From assembly GCA_023334545.1 (NCBI GenBank), contig JAADVB010000082.1, positions 5,014-69,013 on the forward strand: a stretch of 64,000 nt of DNA. The letters run 5' to 3'. This DNA comes from Salisapilia sapeloensis CBS 127946 (taxonomy: Eukaryota; Protista; Oomycota). Shown here piece by piece: positions 23,493 to 34,134 of this stretch (the first letter of the stretch is position 1; every line of letters begins with the position of its first letter). The position numbers and the translations under genes were made by a program. The notes below the pieces were generated by a model. The model had not been told where the DNA came from, did no database searches, and saw nothing but the letters and a program-made list of their open reading frames with translations.

Positions 23493-26053
23493 TCAAGTCC
23501 CTAGGAACTCGGTCATCCCGCTGGCATGAACCTCGCACTCGTCCTCTTCCTCTAGATCGACTCTCACCTTGCTTTCTACTTTCTTCGACTCGGACTTCTT
23601 GGCTGCAGCTGCACGCTTGATTGCAGCGGCGAACGCGGCTGGACGAATGCGCGTGCGAGGCACGGACGCCATGCGTTCGCCAGTCGCTCGAGCCGAGTTG
23701 CCGGCACCAGTGGCAATGGCCTGCAACTTCTTCTTTGCCGCTACAACCGATTTAGCACTCTTGTTAGTCTTTGGAAGCTGAGACGACTGTCTATGCAGCC
23801 GTAGTCGCCTGACATGACGCGCAACGTCGGAGCTGTCGTCGCCATCGACGTCGTCCGAGAGTCCAGTCTTCATGACCTCGAGCGTCTGGAAGAGATGCCG
23901 GAGGTCATCCATGCATCCAACACCTGTACGTCGCAGTCTGACCAGGTACTGTCCAAAGAAAGACAAGAGCCGTTCGAGGTCGCTGTCGACACGTGCAGCC
24001 GCCTCCATGGGATCGACGATCGGCAGCTTTCGAGCCAACAAGCGCTTCGTACACTCTTCTGCCGTCCGATTCAGACATGCATGTAGCACTCGTACAAAGA
24101 AAAATCCGCTATTAATCCACACTTCCAAGTCGTTCAAGTAGTCTTCCAGCGTCGCGACTAAGGTTTCCACGACCGGATGACCTTGGTCCCACGTGCTGCT
24201 AAACCAGACGCCCAGGATCTCCGTCTCGATCTCCTGGAAGATCTTATCCGACACTAGTTGGCAGGTACGAATGGCCAGCTGGACGATCTGCGTAGACGCT
24301 TCATCGCTCTTGTCCTCGACCAAAGCAGCGAACGCAACGCCTTCCTGCCTCGCCTCCGACGCGAGTTCACAGCTCTTGGCTTGGAGTGTATCTGCTTCAT
24401 TGATAAACAGACACAAGCTCTCTAGACTCAAGTCCTCCACCTGATCCTTCAGTCGTGTCTGCTCCTGCGTCAATTGCTCGAGCAACGTGTCCAAGCACAC
24501 GAGCACCACCTGAGCGACAGCCTTCCCATGCAGCCACTCACTCGCGATGCTTATCTGTGTCTTTAGTATATTCAGAATATCACTCGGTCGATTCGAAAGC
24601 AACGCGCCTTCATCGTACTTTACTTCCTCCTCTAGTCTCCATATATTCCCCAGCCACGTATGCATCTGGACCTGGATCTGGTCCAAGTGCACTTTTAAGA
24701 GCGACTGGGACATCTTACTAAGCACAGGAGACGGGTAGACACGAGGGAACTTGCTTAACTCACTGTTATAGCTCTCGATCCACTGGACCAACTGCAGACG
24801 ACTGGAGACACTCAGGTCTGGATGGGAGCAAAGAGCAGAGACCTCCGTCTCAATGACAGACGTCTGGGCTGTAGCAAAGACAACGAGCGCGTCTATCTGA
24901 GGAGGAAAGCAGGATCCGACCTCGGAATGCACTACTTCGAGATTCAAGAGACAACTGTTGCCGACAGTCAGCCGATCGTCCATGTCCGACGCATCTTCAT
25001 GCGTCTCAACTGCCTCGAACTGTTCCTCCAACCGCTGCGTCACACCACTTGCAATCTTGTCCTTGCATGTATCAAAGAAGGATGTGTCCAAGTCACTGGA
25101 CAGCTTGAGGTCGTTGGAAAGGTATATGCCATGCGTCTTGAGTACACTCAGTCGTCGCTCTTCCATCCGTCCGAGGATGGCAAAGGCATCCGTCAGTCGC
25201 TTTCGATTGAACTGTCCGAGCTCGAGACAGTGGTCCATGCAGATCCAGACTTCATTCAGGATCCGACTGCCCACCTCCTGTACACCTACTAGTCGAGACG
25301 ATAAGGAGGTCAGGATCTGCCGCTGGGCTTTGCTACAAACAACCATGAGGACGAGGTAGAATGGAGAGAAAGATGTGGTAACCTCGAGCCGAGCTCATCT
25401 GTGCGGTCACTTGCAGCCGATCGGAGCTATCTCTGGATGTTAGAAGAGGCAGTGTTGGATATTATAGGTATGTACCTCTCGAAGGATGCGCTGTCTCCAG
25501 TCGTCCAGATCGATCCACTTGTGGTACACCCAGACGATGCTGCCCAAGTTACCGTCCAGCGCGTCTGTCAGCTCTTTCGCCTACGCACGTCCAAGAGGTT
25601 AATGGCGTATATAGAGAAATAGTAGAGTGACGCACTTTTGACTCTATGTCTTCGTAGAAGCGGATCTCTGCCTCCACCTGCCGCAGGTTCCGGCGGACGA
25701 TGCCAATGTCCGATGGTACGTCGGTGGTACCCAGTTCTTCGCTCATGGTCGTGCACTGCTGCCCGAGGCTATGCAGCGTATCGGACACGCGTTGCACTGG
25801 CGCCGGTAGTCTGAGCAGTTCCTCTGCTTTCTTCACCTCCACCATGCGCGTCTGCATGGCAGCATCAAACGCACTCGTCGCCTCGTCTCTCTGTCCCCGA
25901 AGCTCCTTTTCCAATTCCTCCAGCTGCACCCATCGTCAATGTCATCCAAAGTGCACCATCTAGAGCTACTCTTCTTACCTGTTGCAGGTCGAACTGCACC
26001 TCTCCATTCGCGTCTCGTAGTCGATCGAGGACGAGCTGGACGCCAGGCTGCAT
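23493..26053 (-). CDS. SEC6: Exocyst complex component Sec6 (EXOC3), about 5 exons
   Basis: Small 5' exons (26053-25979, 25923-25636, 25580-25476 and a further short exon) splice into the 617-aa frame. N-terminal coiled coil; RLQLVQWIESY; P.D...IL..QI; LCLFINE; WFSSTWD..PVVETLVATLEDYLND. Some splice sites are uncertain. Confidence 0.8.
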
Positions 26054-26185
26054 GGCGTGTACGTCTCTTCAGGATAGTGTAATTTATCTTCTTTGTCGTC
26101 CCATAAAACGCCCTCTCTCATACAAACTCGCTCCAATAGACATAAAATTCTCGAACGTACTTTCGCTCTAAATCCACCTTGTTCG

Positions 26186-26200
26186 TCATTTATCCACTTT
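26186..26200 (+). promoter_or_regulatory. Inr/FPR-like motif in the SEC6/CPSF30 bidirectional promoter
   Basis: tcatttatccacttt about 30 nt before the ATG at 26229. Confidence 0.45.
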
Positions 26201-26228
26201 ATCTTCCCGTCGCATCTCGAGAGAAGCG

Positions 26229-28229
26229 ATGGCGGTCGGACTGCTCCTTCGAGACGATGAAGAGCGGTTGCTCGAGTTTGATTTCGAAGCCTCGTTGCCA
26301 CCAGACCTAGGGGATGATGCTAGCCGAAGAGACTTTAAGCGCGGAAGTGTCGTCTGCCGCCACTGGCTCCGTGGCCTGTGCATGAAAGGCGAGAGCTGCG
26401 AGTTCCTCCATCAGTACGACATGGCGCGCATGCCAGAGTGTCGATGGGGCATGGAGTGCCAAGTCCCCGAGTGCCCCTTCCGGCATGTTCCGGACGAAGA
26501 GCGGATGGAATGTGCCTTCTACAAGCAAGGCTTTTGCTCCCACGGCCCGACCTGCCGCTATCGACACATCAAGCTCGCGAGCGATGAGTGTCCTTCAAAA
26601 GCAGACTTTTCGCTCCAGGCGAAGCTCGCAGACGATGAGAACGCCAAGCGACGTCGAGCCCAGCCTCTGAACGAGTTCTACAAGGTGTCCATGTGCAAGC
26701 ACTGGGAGAAGAACGGGACGTGTCCATTCGGAGACGAGTGCCACTTTGCTCACGGCAATACAGAGCTGCGTTCCTTCCCTAGAGATGAGCATGACGAGTC
26801 CAAGAGTAAACGAGATCGACGAGAGCATGCTTCGAAAGACGAAAAGCCGCCTCCCGGTCTCCCGGACGAGCACATCCGAGCGCAGTATTTTGTCGTCCAC
26901 TCCCAGAGCTACCACAATCTCGCGCATAGCGTCCACTACGGCCAGTGGACAGCTCCTGCAGACGTCCGGACGCAGCTCCAGACAGCCTACGAGACGTCGG
27001 ACGCCGTCTTCCTCTTCTTCACCATCACCCCCAGCGGACACTTCCAAGGCGTCGCGCGTCTCCTCTCCTCTCCTACCGGCACCAAGGGCGTCGACCTTGC
27101 CTCCAACCGACTTCCGTACGACCAGTGGGACGGAACCTTTGGCATCGAGTGGCTGCGGATCTGCGAATGCCCGTGGCCTCGTCTCGCAGAGTACGAGCAC
27201 CAGCACCTCGACGTCGAGCAGACTTCGGATGGTCAGGAGCTGTCGAAAGACATGGGCCACAGCCTCCTCCGCCTCCTCTTCAACCAGGCGCAAATCCGAC
27301 TGCACTACAAGAGCGTCGAGGACGAAGACAAGCTGCGTGGCGGCGCGCAGGAGCTAGCCAACAGACGCCGAGACGCTGCCGAGAGCATCTACGGCGGCAT
27401 GCCGCCCCCCGCCTTCCCGGACGCTCGTCCTGGCTTCATCTTCGCCTGCACAAACAGTACCATCGACGAGTGCTTCGTCCGACGCATTTTTGCGCTCGCG
27501 AAAGAGCAGGAGAGCATCGCGACCAAGCACGTCGTCCCTGGCACGCCGCTCTTCCTCCTCAACTTGTCCGACAGACACCTCCTCGGTGTCTTCGAAGCTG
27601 CTTCTCCAGCCGTCTTCAATATGCTCCCCGCCGCCTTCACCAAGAACCCGAATCAGCCGTCTGCATTCCCTGTCCAAGCACGCTTCGTCGTGAGCATGCA
27701 TGCTCCTGCCATCCCAATGACCGATCCACAGGTGCAGTCGATTCTAGGAGATAAAGGCCAGATCGGACCTCTCCCGCCAGACACGACGCAGCAGCTCCTG
27801 CAGCTCTACAGCGACAGATGCAACCACTTCGGCATGGCTCCGAAGAAGAGAGAGGAGGAGCAGGCTTTTCGAGAGAAGATCTACGTCGACATGGAGAACG
27901 ACAAGGACTTCAACGTCACGAGACGCATCATCGGACAGTCGGGGAGCAACATGAAGCGCATATCGTCCGAGGCTGGCGGGAATGCCAAGCTGCGCGTCCG
28001 AGGGAGAGGCTCTGGCGCGTCCGAGTCGACGCCGGAGGAAGCTAGAGAGCCGCTCATGGTCATCGTCTCGGCCGATAACGAACAGAGCTTCCACGTCGCG
28101 TGTGAACGCACGAGAGAGCTGCTGGCTGGCATTCGACAGGAGCATGATGCCGTTCACCAGCGTCGACCTCGACGCCATCGAGACCGATCGTCGGATCGAG
28201 AGCGGAAGAAACGCCGGATGAGTCCATAA
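26229..28229 (+). CDS. CPSF30: CPSF30 (CPSF4)-like CCCH zinc-finger protein fused to YTH, DCD and KH domains
   Basis: LEFDFE N-terminus; CRHWLRGLCMKGESCEFLHQYD..MPEC..CPFRH..ECAFYKQGFCSHGPTCRYRH; extra CCCH (YKVSMCKHW..CPFGDECHFAHG); YTH (YFVVHS..HNL..SVHYGQW..SGHFQGVARL..WDGTFGIEW); DCD (GFIFACTNSTIDECF..LFLLN..LLGVFEA..AF..FPVQARF); KH (FNVTRRIIGQSGSNMKRI..KLRVRGRGSG..EPLMVIVS). Confidence 0.88.
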   Translation: MAVGLLLRDDEERLLEFDFEASLPPDLGDDASRRDFKRGSVVCRHWLRGLCMKGESCEFLHQYDMARMPECRWGMECQVPECPFRHVPDEERMECAFYKQGFCSHGPTCRYRHIKLASDECPSKADFSLQAKLADDENAKRRRAQPLNEFYKVSMCKHWEKNGTCPFGDECHFAHGNTELRSFPRDEHDESKSKRDRREHASKDEKPPPGLPDEHIRAQYFVVHSQSYHNLAHSVHYGQWTAPADVRTQLQTAYETSDAVFLFFTITPSGHFQGVARLLSSPTGTKGVDLASNRLPYDQWDGTFGIEWLRICECPWPRLAEYEHQHLDVEQTSDGQELSKDMGHSLLRLLFNQAQIRLHYKSVEDEDKLRGGAQELANRRRDAAESIYGGMPPPAFPDARPGFIFACTNSTIDECFVRRIFALAKEQESIATKHVVPGTPLFLLNLSDRHLLGVFEAASPAVFNMLPAAFTKNPNQPSAFPVQARFVVSMHAPAIPMTDPQVQSILGDKGQIGPLPPDTTQQLLQLYSDRCNHFGMAPKKREEEQAFREKIYVDMENDKDFNVTRRIIGQSGSNMKRISSEAGGNAKLRVRGRGSGASESTPEEAREPLMVIVSADNEQSFHVACERTRELLAGIRQEHDAVHQRRPRRHRDRSSDRERKKRRMSP

Positions 28230-28246
28230 GACAAATATATTTTCCT

Positions 28247-29098
28247 TTAGCCTACGCGTTGCGAAGGGAGAGCGAGAGAGATGCTTTGCGCATAGGAAAT
28301 CAGACGCTTGACACTCGTCAAGTACTTGCGCTGTGCTTCGTTGTTCATTACATGTGCCTGCTTATTACTGTTGATCTTCTCTCGACCTGTGCGCTCGTGG
28401 ATGCCGACCATCGTCACTCCGATCGGCCACGCAGCGTTCCCGATTGCTAGCCGGATGTACGCGTCGTGCGCTCGGACGAACGCACCCGTCTGGCAGCTCG
28501 TGACGATCTCCACGAGGTTGGGACGAATGTCCGAAGGCACTTCTCGTCGCTTGCAGAGACGGAAGAGAGGCCGGATGTAGTCCTTGCACTGCTTCATGGC
28601 TTTCGAAGCGGACTTGCCGGCCGCTGTGCGCTTCACGTCGTTCGGACGAGAGGCCAGGTCGGACTCCCACTGGCGGAGCATCTCTCGGAAAAAGGTGTAG
28701 ATGAGTCTGTCCGGGTCTTCTTCTGCTCTTTGCAGGAGCTCTTCCTCCGATTGAGGTAGAGCCTCTGTCTCCTTCTGCTCTTTCGTCTCTGTATCGTCAT
28801 TTGGCTCTGTGGGGAGACTGGTGGACTGTTCTATCTCCTGTGTCTGTATTGGAGCTTGTTCGATAGGTGGACTATCCTTTTGCTGCTCCTCTGTACGCTC
28901 TACCTTTTGCTTCTTAGCATGCTCGTCCTCTTTTGGCGGAGAGGAACGTCGTTTAGAGGCTTTGGGACTGCTTTCGGCCTTTTTCTCGAGCAAAGACTCG
29001 ACTTCAGACTTTCGAAGGTACTTGTTCTTCTGCTGCGCTTCCTTTAGAGCAGCTACCTCCTGCTTCTTGGCCGCCAAGAGCTTCTGCAGACCTTCCAT
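28247..29098 (-). CDS. PRP18: Pre-mRNA splicing factor Prp18
   Basis: Likely start MEGLQKLLAAKKQEV at 29098; KYLRKSEVE; QCKDYIRPLF; AHDAYIRLAIGNAAWPIGVTMVGIHERTGREKI..HVMNNEAQRKYLTSVKRL. Confidence 0.95.
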   Translation of the reverse strand: MEGLQKLLAAKKQEVAALKEAQQKNKYLRKSEVESLLEKKAESSPKASKRRSSPPKEDEHAKKQKVERTEEQQKDSPPIEQAPIQTQEIEQSTSLPTEPNDDTETKEQKETEALPQSEEELLQRAEEDPDRLIYTFFREMLRQWESDLASRPNDVKRTAAGKSASKAMKQCKDYIRPLFRLCKRREVPSDIRPNLVEIVTSCQTGAFVRAHDAYIRLAIGNAAWPIGVTMVGIHERTGREKINSNKQAHVMNNEAQRKYLTSVKRLISYAQSISLALPSQRVG

Positions 29099-29393
29099 CA
29101 CGACGCGAGCTACTCGATCTGTGCTTAGTGTCCCAAAGATAACGCCACCGATTACTACCACAAATACTGTATAGGGTGTATGTGAGACGAGACCAGAGTA
29201 GACGAGTACTACCTCTTCTGCGTTGCATGCATTCGATTGACAGAAAGAAGCTATCTCAATGAAAAATAAAAACCACGCTCTCTTCCATAGTATCTTTATT
29301 TCTACCTCGACCATTTTCTTCTTGATTTTATGAGCCCTGAGCAGTCTGTAACGCTAGCACGTAGAGACTCGAGTCGATCAAGAACGCACCGAC

Positions 29394-30773
29394 ATGTCTG
29401 AGGAAGCAGAGCGGAGCTATCAACCGTCTTGGCTGAGCAATTGGCCGGACGTGCAGACCCAAGTAGATGACGTCGTGATCTCGCTCAAGAGACGGCAGCT
29501 CACAGGCGCCTTTGACACAGCCAAGCGGACCACGTCGCTCCTGCACACTATGGTCCATCAATATCGCCGCCTCTGCGTCCTACTCGACTAACTCTGTGCT
29601 CTAGCTCGAGACCGTCGAATGGACGAACGCCGGAGAGATCGTCGACAAGGTACGAGACATTGGCAGACTGCTCACGAAAGCCAATCCGCACGGTACCTCT
29701 TGTCCATCCGCTCGGTATCTGCATGCACTCACGACCGGATAGAGCTGGCCATTGGCAACGTCGTGCGTCGCGTCCTCTACCTCATCCGAGAAGAGCAGGA
29801 CAATGCCGTCCGCCAGGCCAATGACACCGCCGCGCAGCCTCCGCACTCGGACTCCAAGTCCACTCCCAGTCGATCCTACATGTCTCGCTCCCTCGGCTCC
29901 ATCCTCACGCCAGGCACTGACACGGACCTCTCCGTCCCTATCGCCGACCTGCGGCTCGTACACACCTCTTACTCCCTCTCCTATACTCGTCTCTAACACC
30001 TTCTAGTCCGTCATGGAAGGACTGGTGGAACTAGAAGACGAGATCCAGACGCTCCACGTGAACATCGCAGAGCAGGCCATGGAGCACATCCACACCGAGT
30101 ACGACCTCCTCCGCCTCCTCCACTGCCTCTACTCATCCTATAATCTATAGCGAAGTCATCCTGACCTTTGGCCTCTCCACTTCGGTATGCGAATTCCTCA
30201 AAGCCGCCGCCAAGAAGCGACAGTTCAAGGTCTTTGTCGTCGAGAGCGCACCGTCACTGAATGGCCAGCGGATGGCGCATGACCTCGCGCAGGAGATGCA
30301 GCTCGAAGTCACGCTCATCCCCGACAGCGCCGTCTTCGCCATGATGGCTCGCGTCAACAAGGTCGTGGTGCCCGCCGCGGCTGTCGTGGCCAACGGCGGC
30401 GTCATCGGCCAGTCAGGTCTCCAGTCCCTGGCGCTCGCAGCCAAAAAGTGCTCTGTGCCAGTCGTGTGCGTCGTCGGCCTCATCAAGCTCTGTCCGCTCT
30501 TCCCACACGACCTCGACGTCCTCCACCAACTCCTCCAGCCGTCTCAGATCTACAACTACGAAGACATGCGAGACAACGTACTAGTTTTGAATGTATGTAA
30601 AGAAGGGAAAAGCTAAGTGTATTCTCTAGGTCGAAGTGATTAACCCAGCGTACGACTACGTGCCGCCCGAGTGCGTCAGTCTCTTCGTGACGAACACCGG
30701 GACCCACCAGCCATTCTACATCTACCGACTCCTGGCCGAATACTACTCGCCACAAGACTACCAGCTCTCGTAA
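29394..30773 (+). CDS. EIF2B2: Translation initiation factor eIF2B beta subunit, 6 exons
   Basis: Five ~50-nt introns. ELAIGNVVRRVLYLIREE; IAEQAMEHIH.DEVILTFG; FKVFVVESAP; DSAVFAMMARVNKVV; VEVINPAYDYVPPE.VSLFVTN.G.HQPFYIYRLLAEYY. Confidence 0.93.
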
Positions 30774-30792
30774 CGTTGGAATAGAAAGACAA

Positions 30793-32515
30793 TCATAGCA
30801 GTCGAGACACGTTCACTTGCGTTACACTCAGGAACACGTGCGTCCGGTGCATGCGCTGGACGACCGCCAGTTGCTGGTTCACGCCCACGCCCTTCTCCAC
30901 GAGGTCCTCCAGGTCCTCCATCAAACGCTCCTTGTCGCCCCGCTCGACAAAGAACTGCTGCGACATGGCCGCTTCCTTGAGCTGGTGCAGCAGCAGGAGC
31001 AGGAAGCCCAGGTCGTGGTCGTCCAGTCGACCGACCCAGTCCTGGCGGTTCAGAAGACGCTCCACGTCCCGCAGCTGATGGCGAATGTACGTCGCCACCT
31101 CCTTCGGGTCGTAGTAGATGCGCTCACTAAAGCGTTTGTAGACCTGTCGGAGGACTTCTCGGAAGACTCGGTAGCACCCTCCGACCACGACGAACGTCGG
31201 GATGGTCGCCAGGAGCTGCAGGTTGACTTGGTTGGCCAGCATGAGCTCATCGATGGCACCCATGGCAGTCATCAACTCCTTCTTGATGAACTGGACCTGG
31301 ATGAGGAGCATGCGGACGATGTCTCCCGTCAGCAAATTCCGTACGGCGTGACTCAGCTGCTTTTCGTAGTGGAGAGAGACGACGGACATGTCCATATTCT
31401 GCAGCACCTCCTGCTTCTGGTCTGGAGATAGCTGCGGCTGCTTGTCGCGCATAAAGTCCTCTAGCATCCGACGCAGACTCTCGTTGCTGTCCTCGAGAGA
31501 CGCCTGGTCCTGGATACCACTCTTCTCGTTCAAGAGTACCTCCTTCGTGATGGCGCTAGACTCGTAGGATTAGATATTGATGCAAGTAGCTAGTCCGTGG
31601 AAATATACGTGAGAGGCTCGACCATGTGCTCCTGGAAAAAGTCGCCGACGGAAGAATATGTCGTCACGATCATCTCCTTCATCTCCTTCCGATGCTGGAA
31701 CAGATAGTACGCGCCAAAGGACACGCCAGCCACCACGACCGTCACATGCAGCCATCTACATCTCCCCACTAGAAACATTGTATAAGGTTGTGAAGCAAGG
31801 AATGGGCGTACCGCTGACGGATCTTGGACGGGGGGCGGCAGGGATTCATCGCCGTCTCTAAACACGCTCGGAACTGCTTCCGAGAGGCGTCAAACGTCTC
31901 CAAGTGTCGACCCAACGCATCCATCGACTGCACAGAATCCTCCGTAGGCTTCGCGTCGAACGAAATGGGCTCGCAAGGAAGAGACTCGGCAACTTGGAAA
32001 GCTCCTTTGCCTCGACGAGGTGTCCGGATGCCTCGTGTACTAAACACGTCAGCCAAGAGAGCTAGAGCTTCGTCCACTTGGACGTCTTCATCACTTTCGA
32101 AACGTTCCAAGAGGTGCTTGAGCTTTCCGATCTTGACCAAATGAGCGGCCAAGGTATCTTGGAGACTTGCCAGGACCTCCTCCAATCGGATCTTGGTCGA
32201 CGTCGGACGGATCCATTCCCATGGTCCTTGCTCGAGATAGTACCTCGCCTGCCTCTTTTGCCGATGTTTCCAGAATTGCACCGCCCTCGGCATGAAGGAC
32301 ACTTGTTCCACCAAGTCGCTTAGAGCGATATGCGCCTCTACCTGCATGACGTGCATCCACAAGCCCAGCGTATCTTTTGTATCAGGTCGAGATGTCAACG
32401 TTCTAGGAAATGAAAACGCATCGTGGAGAGACTGCCACGCCTTGTCTGGTTCGGACAAGTCGGACGTGGCGTCTAGACCTAGCTGAAGAGCTTTATAGTA
32501 CGAGATGGTCGACAT
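30793..32515 (-). CDS. NCA2: Nuclear control of ATPase protein 2 (NCA2) family, 3 exons
   Basis: Joined exons give ..IRQRWLHVT..FFQEHMVEPL.AI..L; SLEDSNESLRRML.DF; YEKQL..VRNLLTGDIVRMLLIQVQ.IK....AM.AID.LM.ANQVN.QLLATIP. Confidence 0.85.
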
Positions 32516-32581
32516 GGGAATCAGGAACGAGTAAGAAAATGATCGAAAAGGAATGAAAAGACCCGATCTTGAAAAGCTTTA

Positions 32582-33109
32582 TCAGGTCTCATGCGCTTGG
32601 ATGACCTCGTCGGGCGCTTGGACGAGCTCAATCAAGACGCCTTCGCCGGACAATGGCGTCGCATCGTTCCCTTTCGGGTGGATGAACGCCACGTCATGTC
32701 CAGCAGCGCCCTTACGGATGCCACCTGGGGTGAATCGCATGCCTTTGCTCTCGAGCTCCGAGACGGCTGCGGACAGGTCGTCCACCCAGAGTCCGATGTG
32801 GTTCAAAGGAGGGGAGTGGACTTTGGGTGCCTTGGTTGGATCAAGCGGCTGCATCAGATCGATCTCCACTGCAAAAGCGCCTCTACCGAGCTCCAAAATG
32901 TCCTCGTCGACATTTTCCTTCTTGCTCGTATAGTCCCCCTTCTTCTCTAGTCCGAGCAGACCCTCCCACAGATTCGACAGCTTGTGCTTGTCCAATCCTC
33001 CAATAGCCACTTGCTGCAGCCCAAGTACCTTGAACGTAGACTTGTAGGCGGTCTGGATGCCTCTCGGCGCCCCCACTACCGTCAGTCGTCTCCCAATAGC
33101 TCCGAGCAT
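32582..33109 (-). CDS. VOC/glyoxalase-superfamily protein (methylmalonyl-CoA epimerase-like) with putative mitochondrial transit peptide
   Basis: [17 protein letters not shown] presequence; [10 protein letters not shown]; [11 protein letters not shown]; VEIDLMQP; [12 protein letters not shown]; [17 protein letters not shown]; GVLIELVQ. Intronless. Confidence 0.85.
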   Translation of the reverse strand: MLGAIGRRLTVVGAPRGIQTAYKSTFKVLGLQQVAIGGLDKHKLSNLWEGLLGLEKKGDYTSKKENVDEDILELGRGAFAVEIDLMQPLDPTKAPKVHSPPLNHIGLWVDDLSAAVSELESKGMRFTPGGIRKGAAGHDVAFIHPKGNDATPLSGEGVLIELVQAPDEVIQAHET

Positions 33110-33210
33110 TTCTCTCAACTTCAATAGCAAACAGCGTGTTTGCTTTTCTACCAATCAGTATCCTATGTACACGAGGAGGACCAATGAAGGAAGACACTAC
33201 CCAATAGCAA

Positions 33211-34088
33211 ATGGACCATGAAGGACGAGGTCGGAAACGACGGAGGTCGACTCGGACGGCAGTCAAGCAAACGGAAGAAAGTGGCAATGATGACGAGAGC
33301 TTGAATACGGAGGACGAGACGATCAATGACAATGAATCCACGTCGGCGGAGGGCAACCCGGCGCCCCGTCGCACGGGTCCTCGGCATCTCAAACTCGCCG
33401 ATCTCGAGCGACACGTAAGAACTCTCGAGCGAGAGAACCAGCACTTGAAGCAGTCGCTCTTGCTGAACCGGAAGGATCTGAAAGCTCTCCGAAGTGGAAA
33501 CCAAGATCGAGATGGCGTCCATCAGATCGTGGCGGGTCGAACGCAACTCGTGACCGAGATGGTCGAGATGCTGAATTCGTCCTCTCTCAGTCTCAGTGCT
33601 GCAGCTCGAGTGTGGCATCCAAACTGCCGCATTAGCGTCGGAGTGCGGGAGTGGGATGCGTACGGCCGACTTGAAGCCATCAGCCTTTGGAACATGATCC
33701 GATCTGTCTTTGCCAACGTCAGCGTCGACACCATCGAGCTACGACCCCATCTTACGGACGGCGAAATGGTATTTTATACTCCTAACAACTGCATTATACT
33801 CCTAATCGATGGATGTAGATGCTGACCAAGTGGCGAGTGCAGGGGGAGGTGGCGTCTCCAGCACAGCTCCAGCGCATCATCGCGTCGGAAGACTGCTCCG
33901 AGACGATGCAGACGGTGCTGAAGGCTATCAACTCGAGCGACCTGACGTTCACCGTGACGACGTACGTGATCTTCGAGGACGACTACATCGCCGAGCAGCA
34001 CCACTGCTGGGACCAGGCAGGTGTCCTCAAGCGTCTCTTTCGTGGCGAGATGCCTCCGTCCGTCCAAGAAGCTCTTCGTATTGGGTAG
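33211..34088 (+). CDS. bZIP-like coiled-coil protein with a C-terminal NTF2/SnoaL-like domain, 2 exons
   Basis: Intron 33769-33818. Basic RKRRRSTR; heptad LERHVRTLERENQHLKQSL; C-terminal alpha/beta region ending YVIFEDDYIAEQHHCWD. Family assignment is an inference. Confidence 0.5.
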
Positions 34089-34134
34089 ATAGTTGTTTGG
34101 AGGGAGAAAAAGGTTAAGTGTGTATTGGAAAACA

